Assembly: GCA_913062655.1 (NCBI GenBank)
Contig: CAJXXO010000004.1
Location: 8,346-32,345 of the forward strand
Source of the DNA: an uncultured Bacteroidota bacterium
GTDB lineage: Bacteria; Bacteroidota; Bacteroidia; Chitinophagales; S012-47
Direction of reading: 5' to 3'
DNA length: 24,000 bases
Positions 1-8,764 of this stretch are shown here, one piece after another. The notes below the pieces were generated by a model, which was not told the DNA's origin, did no database searches, and saw only the letters and a program-made list of their open reading frames with translations. A program made the position numbers and the translations under genes. Within the stretch, counting starts at the first letter, position 1. Each line of letters begins with the position of its first letter.

Positions 1-1
1 G

Positions 2-754
2 TCTCTGGCGGAAAACTATAACCTGCCGGAGCGGAAATTGCGCAAGTGGAATGATATTGATCTTGGCTTTACGGTACAGCCGGGCATGTACTTTTACCTG
101 CAGCCCAAGCGTAACAGAGGTCCCATTCGGTACCATCGTGTAGCGGAGGGGGAAACCATGTACGCCATCTCGCAGCGCTATGGTATAAAAGTAGACAAGC
201 TGTATAAGCGCAATGAAATGGAAATGGGGCAGCAACCGGCAGCCGGCCAGCGACTGTACCTGCGGGGCAGAAGAGATAATCCACCTAAGCTAAGACCACC
301 ACAACCACCACCCAAGCAGAAGCCGCAGGAAAAAGCCGACAAGGAAAAACCGGTCACCGCCTCTGAATCTAGCTTGGAAAAGAGTATGCCTCCTGCAGAA
401 ACAGCAACCCAGGAAAAAACACCTGAAGTCACACCGAAGTATGCTTATCAAAAGACAGGTAGCGATACAGCTAACCCATATGAAGAAGCAACGAAGCCGC
501 CCATGGGTGGTGAGTTGGAAATACAAGACAGAGCAACTGTTCCTGCGTCAGGGCAAGAGCAGGTGTCTGCTAAGGAAGAGAATGCCAACAGCCATACGGA
601 CCAGCGCCAGGTACATGTGGTACAGGATGAAGAAACTTTATACGCCCTGTCGAAGCTGTATGGGGTAACTATCGAGCAAATCCGGGAATGGAACGATTTA
701 ACGGATAATACCATCCAAATTGGACAAGAGCTGATCATTTACACCCCTCAGTAA
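2..754 (+). CDS. LysM peptidoglycan-binding domain protein (5' end lies outside the window)
   Basis: The frame is open from the window edge (pos 2: SLAENYNLPERKLRKWNDI, the tail of a LysM repeat), so the TTG at 38 is only an ORF-finder artefact. Two further LysM repeats are present (HRVAEGETMYAISQRYGIKVDKLYKRN.. and HVVQDEETLYALSKLYGVTIEQIREWNDL..IQIGQELIIY). They are separated by a long P/K/E/T-rich low-complexity linker. Stop TAA at 752-754. Confidence 0.85.
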   Translation, partial: SLAENYNLPERKLRKWNDIDLGFTVQPGMYFYLQPKRNRGPIRYHRVAEGETMYAISQRYGIKVDKLYKRNEMEMGQQPAAGQRLYLRGRRDNPPKLRPPQPPPKQKPQEKADKEKPVTASESSLEKSMPPAETATQEKTPEVTPKYAYQKTGSDTANPYEEATKPPMGGELEIQDRATVPASGQEQVSAKEENANSHTDQRQVHVVQDEETLYALSKLYGVTIEQIREWNDLTDNTIQIGQELIIYTPQ

Positions 755-759
755 ATCGC

Positions 760-767
760 TACCTTTG
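760..767 (+). promoter_or_regulatory. candidate Bacteroidota -7 promoter box (TACCTTTG) for hpt
   Basis: Exact match to the TAnnTTTG consensus, 18 nt upstream of the hpt ATG, in the 30-nt spacer after the LysM gene. Confidence 0.35.
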
Positions 768-784
768 TCGCTCAATTGGGAGGT

Positions 785-1324
785 ATGAGCGATACAATAA
801 CCGTCAAAGACAAGCAATTTACGCCTTATATTTCGGCAGATCAGATCCAATTGCGCGTGCGTGAGCTGGCCCGGCAGATCAATGCAGATTATGCAGGAAA
901 AGCACCGTTGTTTATAGCCATTCTTAACGGCTCTTTTATGTTTGCAGCCGACCTGTTTAAGCACCTTGACATCGACTGCAGTGTCTCATTTGTCAAAGTG
1001 GCCAGCTACAAAGGAACAACGTCTACGGGCCGGGTCATCAACCTTATTGGCTTGGACGAAATGATAAAGGACCGGGACATTATCATATTGGAAGATATTG
1101 TAGATACGGGTAAGACACTATCTGAGCTGTTGCCCGATTTCTACAATCAGAATCCTGCCTCACTGCGCATCTTATCGCTACTGACCAAGCCCTCCTGCCT
1201 GAAGTACAACGTGGAGGTAAATTATGTCGGCTTCGAAATTCCCAATGAGTTCATCATTGGATATGGGCTGGATTATGATGGACTGGCCCGTAACCTGAAG
1301 GATATCTATCAAATCGTAGCGTAA
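785..1324 (+). CDS. hpt: hypoxanthine(-guanine) phosphoribosyltransferase
   Basis: PRPP-binding loop IIILEDIVDTGKTL and the 6-oxopurine PRTase C-terminal pattern FIIGYGLDYDGLARNL. Size is about 180 aa. ATG at 785 (MSDTITVKD..) is preferred over the TTG at 776 reported by the ORF track. Confidence 0.9.
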   Translation: MSDTITVKDKQFTPYISADQIQLRVRELARQINADYAGKAPLFIAILNGSFMFAADLFKHLDIDCSVSFVKVASYKGTTSTGRVINLIGLDEMIKDRDIIILEDIVDTGKTLSELLPDFYNQNPASLRILSLLTKPSCLKYNVEVNYVGFEIPNEFIIGYGLDYDGLARNLKDIYQIVA

Positions 1325-1336
1325 ATTTTTAGGAAT

Positions 1337-2050
1337 ATGGTGAGGGGGTTATTCATGTCGATTTTGCTCCTGTTGATGGCTTGCCAATCTACGCATAGGC
1401 ACACCCCCGTTACCGTAATGGTAGAAGGGGCTATGCGCAATGTGATGTGGGAGGGCGAATTGGCAGGGAAAGTGAAGGTTGATACGCTGCATCCACAAGC
1501 CACCCTGTATGGCCTCGGACCGGCCGAGTACTTGCAGGGTGAAGTGATGGTGCTCGCTGGAAAGGCGTACCGTTCACAAGTGCAACCCGACTCTTCTATG
1601 GTTGTCGAAATAGGTGATGCTATTCGTCCGCCTTTCTTCGTATATGCGCATACTGCGGCCTGGGATACCCTTTCTCTGCCTGATACGGTGGTTGACCTCC
1701 CTTCCCTGGAACAATATCTTACGGATGCGGTCCACGAGGAAAAGCCCTTTGTCTTTCAACTGCTGGGCACTATCGATACCGCTCACATCCATGTGCAGGA
1801 TTTAGCGCCTGGCTCAGTGGTATCTTCACCTAAAGAAGCCCATGCCGGACAAGTAGATTATACTCTTGTGGATAGGAATGGGCAACTTTTGGGCTTCTAT
1901 TCCACACAACATCAAGGGGTATATACCCACCATGACACCTATCTGCACATCCATTTTATGACAAAAGACCAAACGGCTATGGGGCACTTAGATGCTGGTC
2001 AATGGGCCGCTGGAAAGATGCAGCTACTGGTGGGAAAATCGGCTAACTAA
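1337..2050 (+). CDS. alpha-acetolactate decarboxylase family protein with a lipoprotein-type signal peptide
   Basis: N-terminus MVRGLFMSILLLLMAC has a positive n-region, a hydrophobic core and a Cys. The ALDC-like core LYGLGPAEYLQGEVMVLAGKAY matches the G.G....L.GE.....G..Y pattern. The C-terminal His cluster YLHIHFMTKDQTAMGHLD resembles the Zn-binding HxH...GH of AlsD/BudA. The alternative start at 1355 lacks a charged n-region. Confidence 0.65.
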   Translation: MVRGLFMSILLLLMACQSTHRHTPVTVMVEGAMRNVMWEGELAGKVKVDTLHPQATLYGLGPAEYLQGEVMVLAGKAYRSQVQPDSSMVVEIGDAIRPPFFVYAHTAAWDTLSLPDTVVDLPSLEQYLTDAVHEEKPFVFQLLGTIDTAHIHVQDLAPGSVVSSPKEAHAGQVDYTLVDRNGQLLGFYSTQHQGVYTHHDTYLHIHFMTKDQTAMGHLDAGQWAAGKMQLLVGKSAN

Positions 2051-3278
2051 GGTCTTGCAACGCATATTGCCTGGCGGCACGCACAGCGGGAAACCAGGAC
2101 GCAGCAAATCCCAGTGCTAATACTATGAGGGCGACAAATAGATAGTCCCAGGGGTTGAGCGCAACTGGATAGTATTGTACTACAAAAGTACCACTACTCT
2201 GTATTGGAATGAGGCCTAAGTATTGTTGGGCCAACACCAATGCTGTAGCGAGTACAAAGCCGATAATAAGGCTGATAACGCTTTGCAGCACCCCTTCTGC
2301 CAAAAAGATTTGGCGCACCTGCCGCGTGGTGGCGCCCATAGCCTTCAACACTGAAATGTCTCTCTTCTTCTCAATTACAATCATGGATAGGGATCCGATC
2401 ATATTGAACGCAACAATCACTAAAACAAAGGTGAGAATAAGGTAGACGACCAGTCGCTCCGCATTCATCACTTGGTACAGCAGGGCATTTTGCTGGTAGC
2501 GCGACTTGACCTGATACGCAGGACCAAGCGCGCGTGCTATTTCTTGCGTGGTACGCGCAAGTGGTCGGTTGGGTTGTAAAGCCACTTCCAGGGCCGTCAC
2601 CTCCTCTTCGTAGTCCAACAAATTGCGCACAAAGTCGATCGGGGTGAAGATGTACTGGTTATCAAAGTCATCTTGTATGACAAAAACCCCCCACACCAAT
2701 ATCTCATCGCGTTCAAATTCATTTAACGGGATCAAGCTGCGGCCACCACCCCTGCGCGGCATAAATACCGACAGGCTGTGCAGGGGGTCTTTCAACTGCC
2801 CTACTTGAAGGGCCTGGTCGATACCCGATCCTATTACCGCATATTGGTAGGTATCATCTTCCAGCAGGAAGGTGTCGCCATACGCCATACTCGTGTCGAG
2901 GCCGGTCACATCGACAAAGGCGGTATTTACCCCTTTTATGGTAGCCGGTTGCTGCCGGCCATCGTAAACCAATAAACCATTTTCCTCCACCACCTCAGCT
3001 ACTTCCCGTACGTCTGGGTGTTGGGCTAGGTATTGCTGCAGGCTGTCGTCTGGGACAAACACTTTCCCCTCGGTGGCCTCAATGCGGATATCAGGGTAAA
3101 ACGAATCATACAGTTTCGTGACGAGCCCCTCAAATCCGTTGAAAACAGAAAGAATCAGTATGAAGGCGGCTGTACATACTGTAATGCCCAACATCGACAC
3201 AGCCGTAATGACATTAATGGCATTGGTCGACTTTCGGGAAAAAAGATATCTGCGGGCAAATTGTAACGCTAGTCGCAT
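2043..3278 (-). CDS. FtsX/LolC/LolE-family ABC transporter permease (lipoprotein-releasing type)
   Basis: The N-terminus MRLALQFARRYLFSRKSTNAINVITAVSMLGITVCTAAFILILSVFNGFE is the classical LolC/E start. A large periplasmic loop is followed by the C-terminal FtsX 3-TM module (DISVLKAMGAT..). It lies directly downstream of rbfA with a 14-nt gap. Confidence 0.85.
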   Translation of the reverse strand: MRLALQFARRYLFSRKSTNAINVITAVSMLGITVCTAAFILILSVFNGFEGLVTKLYDSFYPDIRIEATEGKVFVPDDSLQQYLAQHPDVREVAEVVEENGLLVYDGRQQPATIKGVNTAFVDVTGLDTSMAYGDTFLLEDDTYQYAVIGSGIDQALQVGQLKDPLHSLSVFMPRRGGGRSLIPLNEFERDEILVWGVFVIQDDFDNQYIFTPIDFVRNLLDYEEEVTALEVALQPNRPLARTTQEIARALGPAYQVKSRYQQNALLYQVMNAERLVVYLILTFVLVIVAFNMIGSLSMIVIEKKRDISVLKAMGATTRQVRQIFLAEGVLQSVISLIIGFVLATALVLAQQYLGLIPIQSSGTFVVQYYPVALNPWDYLFVALIVLALGFAASWFPAVRAARQYALQDLS

Positions 3279-3292
3279 GGTGGGCTAACGAA

Positions 3293-3670
3293 TCAGTCTT
3301 CTGAAGAGTCGGAAGTATCATCTTCTTTCTTGATGTCTTTGAAGATCTCTTCCATCTTGTATACATAATCGAGAGAATCATCGAGGAAAAACTCCAGCTC
3401 GGGGATGCGCCTCAATTGATGTCGCATGGCATTTCCCAGTCGATAGCGGATATCAGAATGCTGCGCCTGAATAGTGTCCACCACTTGTTGCTTTTCTTCG
3501 GTATTGTAAACACTCAGGTATATTCGCGCGATCAACAGGTCAGGGGTGATCTTCACATGGGTCACCGTCACAAATGCCCGGCCATAGTAGGTAGGGCCAT
3601 GCTTCTGAAACAATTGGCCGATCTCTTTCTGTATTTCCCGGGCTATCTGTTGTTGTCTTCTCGATTCCAT
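3293..3670 (-). CDS. rbfA: 30S ribosome-binding factor A
   Basis: MESRRQQQIAREIQKEIGQLF.. then VTVTHVKITPDLLIARIYLSVY.. then HQLRRIPELEFFLDDS gives the typical RbfA KH-fold pattern and size. It has an acidic C-terminal tail. Confidence 0.9.
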   Translation of the reverse strand: MESRRQQQIAREIQKEIGQLFQKHGPTYYGRAFVTVTHVKITPDLLIARIYLSVYNTEEKQQVVDTIQAQHSDIRYRLGNAMRHQLRRIPELEFFLDDSLDYVYKMEEIFKDIKKEDDTSDSSED

Positions 3671-3691
3671 GTGCGTGGTTTCCTAACGAAT

Positions 3692-3699
3692 GTACAAAA
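3692..3699 (-). promoter_or_regulatory. candidate -7 promoter box (TAACTTTG on the minus strand) for rbfA
   Basis: Exact TAnnTTTG match 22 nt upstream of the rbfA ATG, in the 125-nt divergent intergenic region. Confidence 0.4.
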
Positions 3700-3777
3700 G
3701 GCAAAGTTACCATTATCCTTACCGCTGATACAACGCAGCGATGGCATTGTTCGTCTGCATAAGGGTAGCCGTTTCGC

Positions 3778-3785
3778 TATCTTTG
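3778..3785 (+). promoter_or_regulatory. candidate -7 promoter box (TATCTTTG) for the MsbA-like ABC exporter
   Basis: Exact TAnnTTTG match ending 10 nt before the ATG at 3796. This implies a very short 5' UTR. Confidence 0.4.
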
Positions 3786-3795
3786 TCGCCAATTC

Positions 3796-5607
3796 ATGAA
3801 GAGCTATTATCGCATCCTCCGGTACTTACGACCATTTTCGCTGAATCTGGTGTCCAGTGTGTTTTTCAATATTCTGGCGGCACTGTTTTCACTCTTCTCC
3901 TTTCTGATGGTGGTGCCTTTCCTGGAAATACTCTTTGGTACCACCGACCTGGTGATGGAGCGGCCTGAAGTGTCGGTTTCGGTAAATAGCTTGGTGAAAC
4001 TGTTCAATTACCAAATCAGTCAGCTAATTGTAAACGAGGGCCCTACTGCTGCGCTCATTTTGATTTGTTTGTTGGTATTGGGGACCAGCTTATTTAAAAA
4101 CCTGTTTCGCTATTTGTCGCTATATGTGATGAGCCCGGCCAGGCATGGTGTGACGCGAAATATTCGCAATGAGCTATTCCGCAAAGTACTGGCATTGCCA
4201 CTCTCCTACTTTTCAGAAGAGCGGAAGGGAAACACCATTACCCGTGCTTCTAGCGATGTGCAAGAGGTGGAGATCTCCATGCTCAATACCCTGGAGGTTA
4301 TTTTCAAGGAGCCGATCACCATACTCTTTTACCTGATCACCCTTTTTATCATCAACCCCTTTCTTACGCTCCTCATATTGATATTGCTGCCGGTAACAGG
4401 ACTGGTAATTGGCCGCATCGGCAGAAAACTGAAAATGGCGGCTGCCAAGGGGCAAGCCTGGTTGAGCAGCTTATTGAGTACACTGGAAGAGTCGCTGGGA
4501 GGCTTGCGTATTGTCAAGGCGTTTGGTGCCGAGGACAAGATGGCGCATAGGTTTGAGCGGGAGAATGAGGCCTACTTTAAAATAAATGTCGGCCTGTATC
4601 GTAGGCGCGACTTGAGCTCTCCGCTTACGGAATTTCTGAGTACGATCGTTATCGTTACCGTATTGTACCTGGGCAGCACCAGCGTGCTGGATGGCGAAAT
4701 CGAACCCGGAGTGTTTATCGGCTATCTCGTAGTGTTTTCTCAGTTGATCAATCCGAGTAAGACCTTCTCTAAGGCATATTACCAGATTCAAAAGGGGATT
4801 GCCTCCTCAAAACGCATTGAAGAGTTGCTGGATGCCGATATCGCTATTCGGGAAAAACCGAATGCAAAGCCGCTCAAGGATTTTAACCAGGAGATTGTCT
4901 ACGATGATGTCAGCTTTGCCTACGACAAGGAGCCGGTATTGCAGGATATCAAGCTGACCATACCCAAGGGCAGAATGGTAGCCCTGGTAGGGCCGTCAGG
5001 TTCTGGTAAGTCTACATTTGCCGATCTGTTGCCACGCTTTTATGACGTCACTTCGGGAAGTATACGCATAGATGGACACGATGTGCGCGATCTAAAGATT
5101 GCCGACCTACGCAATCTATTGGGCATTGTATCCCAAGAGGCGATCTTATTCAACGATACGATCTACAACAATATCGCTTTCGGCAAACGCAATGTGGGTC
5201 GCAACGAAGTGATCGAGGCGGCCAAAATCGCTAATGCACATGATTTTATAATGCGCATGGAGAAAGGCTACGACACTATGGTGGGTGAGCGGGGCAATAG
5301 ACTCAGTGGTGGAGAGCGTCAGCGAATCACCATCGCCAGGGCGGTACTCAAGAACCCCTCCATTCTCATACTGGACGAGGCCACCTCTTCACTCGATTCA
5401 CATGCTGAAAAACTGGTGCAGGAAGCGCTTTTCAAGTTAATGCAAAACCGCACCTCCATTGTCATTGCCCACCGGTTGTCTACCATACAATTTGCCGATG
5501 AGATTCTCGTGATGCGTGATGGGAAAATATTGGAGCGAGGCAACCACATCGGATTGATGTCGAAGAATGGATTCTACAAAGAGTTGGTCAGCATGCAGGC
5601 CTTCTAA
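3796..5607 (+). CDS. ABC transporter, fused permease/ATP-binding protein (MsbA/lipid-exporter-like type I exporter)
   Basis: An N-terminal 6-TM exporter domain is followed by Walker A GPSGSGKST, the ABC signature LSGGERQR, Walker B ILILDEATSSLD and the H-loop IVIAHRLST. Length is 603 aa. Confidence 0.9.
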   Translation: MKSYYRILRYLRPFSLNLVSSVFFNILAALFSLFSFLMVVPFLEILFGTTDLVMERPEVSVSVNSLVKLFNYQISQLIVNEGPTAALILICLLVLGTSLFKNLFRYLSLYVMSPARHGVTRNIRNELFRKVLALPLSYFSEERKGNTITRASSDVQEVEISMLNTLEVIFKEPITILFYLITLFIINPFLTLLILILLPVTGLVIGRIGRKLKMAAAKGQAWLSSLLSTLEESLGGLRIVKAFGAEDKMAHRFERENEAYFKINVGLYRRRDLSSPLTEFLSTIVIVTVLYLGSTSVLDGEIEPGVFIGYLVVFSQLINPSKTFSKAYYQIQKGIASSKRIEELLDADIAIREKPNAKPLKDFNQEIVYDDVSFAYDKEPVLQDIKLTIPKGRMVALVGPSGSGKSTFADLLPRFYDVTSGSIRIDGHDVRDLKIADLRNLLGIVSQEAILFNDTIYNNIAFGKRNVGRNEVIEAAKIANAHDFIMRMEKGYDTMVGERGNRLSGGERQRITIARAVLKNPSILILDEATSSLDSHAEKLVQEALFKLMQNRTSIVIAHRLSTIQFADEILVMRDGKILERGNHIGLMSKNGFYKELVSMQAF

Positions 5608-8198
5608 TTGATCTCTTCCTTTTGAATAGCCGGGTGCGGACTGTTTTCGATCAGCTTTTTCATCTTCAGTACCGACCAGGCTTCCAACTCTTCCAGCGCC
5701 TCTCGTCTTTCATTTTGCAGGTCATTGATACGGAGCTCATTCAGCTCGGTGAGCCATCCTTGGCGAATGCGTTGCATCATGTTAAAGGCGAAGGAAGCGA
5801 GTTGACCACTTCGCTGGGTTTGCACCTCGCGTTGTAGCAATTGCAGCCCTTGCTGTATCTCTTCCGGATCGTTGCTCTTTCGGAAGTAAGAGCCGATATA
5901 GCCATACCACTCCGCAGTGGCGCCCCGGTTAATACGGTGGTTTCTCCGCAAGAAGAAGTCTCCCTTACCTTCTACAGGGGTATACGCATACACATAGCCA
6001 ACGGCCAATATCAGGTCTTGCAACGGAGCGTCCTCAAACCGGGGGGCTTGACGCATAGCCGCCTGCTGGTCATACGTGGTAAGCCCGATCAAGCCTTGGG
6101 CAATCACTGCATAAGAGCTATCGCGTGTGGCATCCATATAAATACTGGTTAATGCCGGATCGCTGTAATTGAGTAATCGAGACAAGGCGGCACTACGCAC
6201 CCGGGAGTTGGGGTCGTTGACCGCCATTTGCATAAGCTTCTGCTTGAAGGTGTCACCAGACGGACCTTCGGGATCAATGGTCCGAATGGCGGCTACGCGA
6301 AGCGCCCAGAATTTATCCTGTAGGGCCAGCAATTGTCCGGCTGCATTGAAAGTAGCGGAGTCACTGAAAAAGGCTAGTCCTTCCAATCGCTCAGCATAGC
6401 TGCCCTGGAGCATAGCCCGTTCCCACATAGCCGCTGTTCGTTCATCCTGCCAATGGGCTAATACGGTGCGGTCCGGATCAACACGGATATCCACCGGAGC
6501 AGCATTGTATACCAAGTGGGTGTCCCGGCTATGCCAATCGACCCACTGCCGTTTCCCATTGATGTCTATCGGTAAGGGGAGCCGGTATACCTGTGCGGAG
6601 TCGGTAGGGTGGGTCTGTTTTAAATGCACCCTGGTTTGATTTTGTTTTGGTCCTTCTTCATAGGTAACCGTGATGGTTGGATGGCCGGCATCATACAGCC
6701 ACTGGTCGAAAAACCATAGCAGATCCTTACCGGTCACCTCCTCAAAGGCCAGTCGCATATCGTGTACATCTACGGCCTGGTAGGCGTGGGTTTGCAAGTA
6801 ATATTGCAGGCCGCTGAAAAAGGCGTCCCGGCCGAGGTAGTTTTCCAACATTCGGAAGACAAGCGCTCCTTTCTGGTAGGTGTGTCGATTGAACATGGCA
6901 CCCGGGCGCGGCTCATACATCCGCACAATGGAAGCGGGCCCCGACCGATCGACCTCAGCCATATACCTGCGCTTATCATTATTGGCTTCGTATTGCTCCC
7001 GGTCTTTACCCCCTGCTGCACGTGCCCAAACAAATTCACCGTAAGAGGCCATCCCTTCGTTGAGAACCAATTGCGGCCAGCTTTCAGTTGTCACCATGTC
7101 GCCAAACCACTGGTGGAACAATTCGTGCGCAATGAGTCCTTCAAAATCACGATCCATCAGGGTGCGGCTATCTACATTCATGTTGTCATACATGATAGTG
7201 GCCCCCGTATTTTCCATACCACCAGCCACAAAGTCCCTGACGGCAATCTGGCGGTACACCGGCCAGGGATATGGAACCCCCAATGTTTCTTCAAACACGG
7301 TCATCATGGGCTTGGTAGCGCCAAATACGTCCGCTGCATACGGACTCCATTCCGGCTCCATATAGTAGGCCAAAGGCACACGGCCTGCCGTGTCGGTAGT
7401 CACCTCAAAACGGCCCACCGTTAAAGCGGTCAGGTAAGGAGCGTGGGGCTTATCCAGTCGCCAGTGGTCTTGGCGCAGCCCATTTCCCAATGGCGTTTGT
7501 GCTACAAGTTCGCCATTCGAGAAAGTCGTCATCGAATCGGCTACCGTTATCAGTATTTCTTGTGTCATCCGCTGATTGGGATGATCAATGGTAGGGTACC
7601 ATACGGAGGAACCTGTGGCTTGCCCCTGTGTCCATGCTTGTCTTGGATAATTGGGTAGTGTGTCTAGGGGATCAATAAAATAGAGCCCTTTGGCTGTTCG
7701 TGGGTTCCCGCTGTCCCGGTGGGCCCACACTTCCGGTTGAGCGATGTAGTCAATCTGCAGGGTGAGGGTGTCACCCCGATGCAAGCTGTCGCTAAAGGAA
7801 AGCTGCAGTTGACGAAAATTGTATTGTTGGGTAATAGTGAGTTGGGGGTGAGAGGGTGAAGTGACCGATTGAATAGCCATCCCTTTGGCATCCAGTGCCA
7901 GTGCATCCTGCCCATAGAAGTGAGGCGTAAGCCGCAAGGTAGCGGTAGCGGGGAAGGTCTGGTTGGCCCAGTTCAATTGCCCTTCGAGCCGGGTGTGTAC
8001 CAGGTCAAAAGTTAAGGGTGGCGTTTCCACATAACCGGGGGCAAAGAAGCAGTGATGTTCATCCGCTAGTGGCCCGGAGGAAGGCGGAGTGGGTGCAGGC
8101 TCCTGGGGCTCCTCTTGCGTAAGTACCTGCTGAGAGGTACATTGAAGTAGAAAAAAAGCAGAAAAAATGACTAATATCCTATTTCTTGTGGTCAGCAT
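5604..8198 (-). CDS. M1-family zinc aminopeptidase (aminopeptidase N-like), probably exported or a lipoprotein
   Basis: Exopeptidase motif GGMENTG (GxMEN). Zincin HEXXH-18-E is read from HELFHQWFGDMVTTESWPQLVLNEGMASYGE. The signal-like N-terminus ILVIFSAFFLLQC ends in Cys. The C-terminal HEAT/ARM-like helical region is typical of long M1 peptidases. Confidence 0.9.
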   Translation of the reverse strand: MLTTRNRILVIFSAFFLLQCTSQQVLTQEEPQEPAPTPPSSGPLADEHHCFFAPGYVETPPLTFDLVHTRLEGQLNWANQTFPATATLRLTPHFYGQDALALDAKGMAIQSVTSPSHPQLTITQQYNFRQLQLSFSDSLHRGDTLTLQIDYIAQPEVWAHRDSGNPRTAKGLYFIDPLDTLPNYPRQAWTQGQATGSSVWYPTIDHPNQRMTQEILITVADSMTTFSNGELVAQTPLGNGLRQDHWRLDKPHAPYLTALTVGRFEVTTDTAGRVPLAYYMEPEWSPYAADVFGATKPMMTVFEETLGVPYPWPVYRQIAVRDFVAGGMENTGATIMYDNMNVDSRTLMDRDFEGLIAHELFHQWFGDMVTTESWPQLVLNEGMASYGEFVWARAAGGKDREQYEANNDKRRYMAEVDRSGPASIVRMYEPRPGAMFNRHTYQKGALVFRMLENYLGRDAFFSGLQYYLQTHAYQAVDVHDMRLAFEEVTGKDLLWFFDQWLYDAGHPTITVTYEEGPKQNQTRVHLKQTHPTDSAQVYRLPLPIDINGKRQWVDWHSRDTHLVYNAAPVDIRVDPDRTVLAHWQDERTAAMWERAMLQGSYAERLEGLAFFSDSATFNAAGQLLALQDKFWALRVAAIRTIDPEGPSGDTFKQKLMQMAVNDPNSRVRSAALSRLLNYSDPALTSIYMDATRDSSYAVIAQGLIGLTTYDQQAAMRQAPRFEDAPLQDLILAVGYVYAYTPVEGKGDFFLRRNHRINRGATAEWYGYIGSYFRKSNDPEEIQQGLQLLQREVQTQRSGQLASFAFNMMQRIRQGWLTELNELRINDLQNERREALEELEAWSVLKMKKLIENSPHPAIQKEEIN

Positions 8199-8263
8199 GT
8201 ATGCAAATTTGTAGCGGTCGTCAAAAAGCCAACAATCCTATTGTCAACCCCAAAAACACAAGT

Positions 8264-8764
8264 ATGTTTCGGATAAAAGTAGCAGACAAGCATGAATTCA
8301 CCATCAATAAAGACAACGGAAATCTCCAACTAAATGGCCAGCCGGTTGATTGGGACGTAGAGGTTACCGGTCAGCACACCTTCTCTATAATGTGGAACCA
8401 GGAGCACTACGATGCGGAGGTACAGTCTTTTGATAAAAAGGCGAAGAAAGTACGGGTGAAGGTCAACAACAACATCTACGAAATGGATGTGAAGGATGAA
8501 TTTGATCTGCTGCTTGAGAAAATGGGTATGCACCAAGGGGCCGGAGCTAAACTGAATGAGTTGAAGTCTCCTATGCCAGGCCTTGTGCTGGATGTGATGG
8601 TTACAAGTGGTCAAGAAGTAAAGAAGGGCGACCCATTGCTGATTTTGGAAGCTATGAAGATGGAGAATGTGCTGAAGTCACCGGGCGAAGGTGTGGTGAA
8701 AGAGGTAGCGGTAACCAGCGGTGACGCGGTAGAAAAAAATGCACTATTGATAGAGTTTGATTAA
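8264..8764 (+). CDS. biotin/lipoyl-attachment domain protein (biotin carboxyl carrier protein-like)
   Basis: The C-terminal biotinyl domain has the attachment motif LILEAMKMEN and flanking PMPGLVLDV...GD. ATG at 8264 (MFRIKV..) is preferred because the longer ORF (8186) would overlap the divergent peptidase start. No carboxylase or decarboxylase partner subunits are in the window. Confidence 0.8.
   Translation: MFRIKVADKHEFTINKDNGNLQLNGQPVDWDVEVTGQHTFSIMWNQEHYDAEVQSFDKKAKKVRVKVNNNIYEMDVKDEFDLLLEKMGMHQGAGAKLNELKSPMPGLVLDVMVTSGQEVKKGDPLLILEAMKMENVLKSPGEGVVKEVAVTSGDAVEKNALLIEFD

Noticed and set aside
779-783. A GGAGG Shine-Dalgarno-like sequence just before the hpt ATG.
   Set aside because: It is only 1 nt from the ATG, which is too close to function. 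It belongs to the alternative TTG-GGA-GGT reading, and other genes in the window lack SD sequences.
6762-7424. A 220-aa antisense ORF inside the M1 aminopeptidase gene. Similar cases are 5841-6152, 7060-7365 and 7664-7915.
   Set aside because: It lies opposite the strongly supported GAMEN/HEXXH region. The composition is skewed and there are no recognisable motifs, so it is a shadow ORF.
8186-8263. 5' extensions suggested by the ORF track for BCCP (8186), OmpA (9838), upp (14062), hpt (776), ridA (16036), SDH (9894) and PorP (13198).
   Set aside because: They use non-ATG codons and/or overlap neighbouring genes. Internal ATGs give canonical N-termini or signal peptides.
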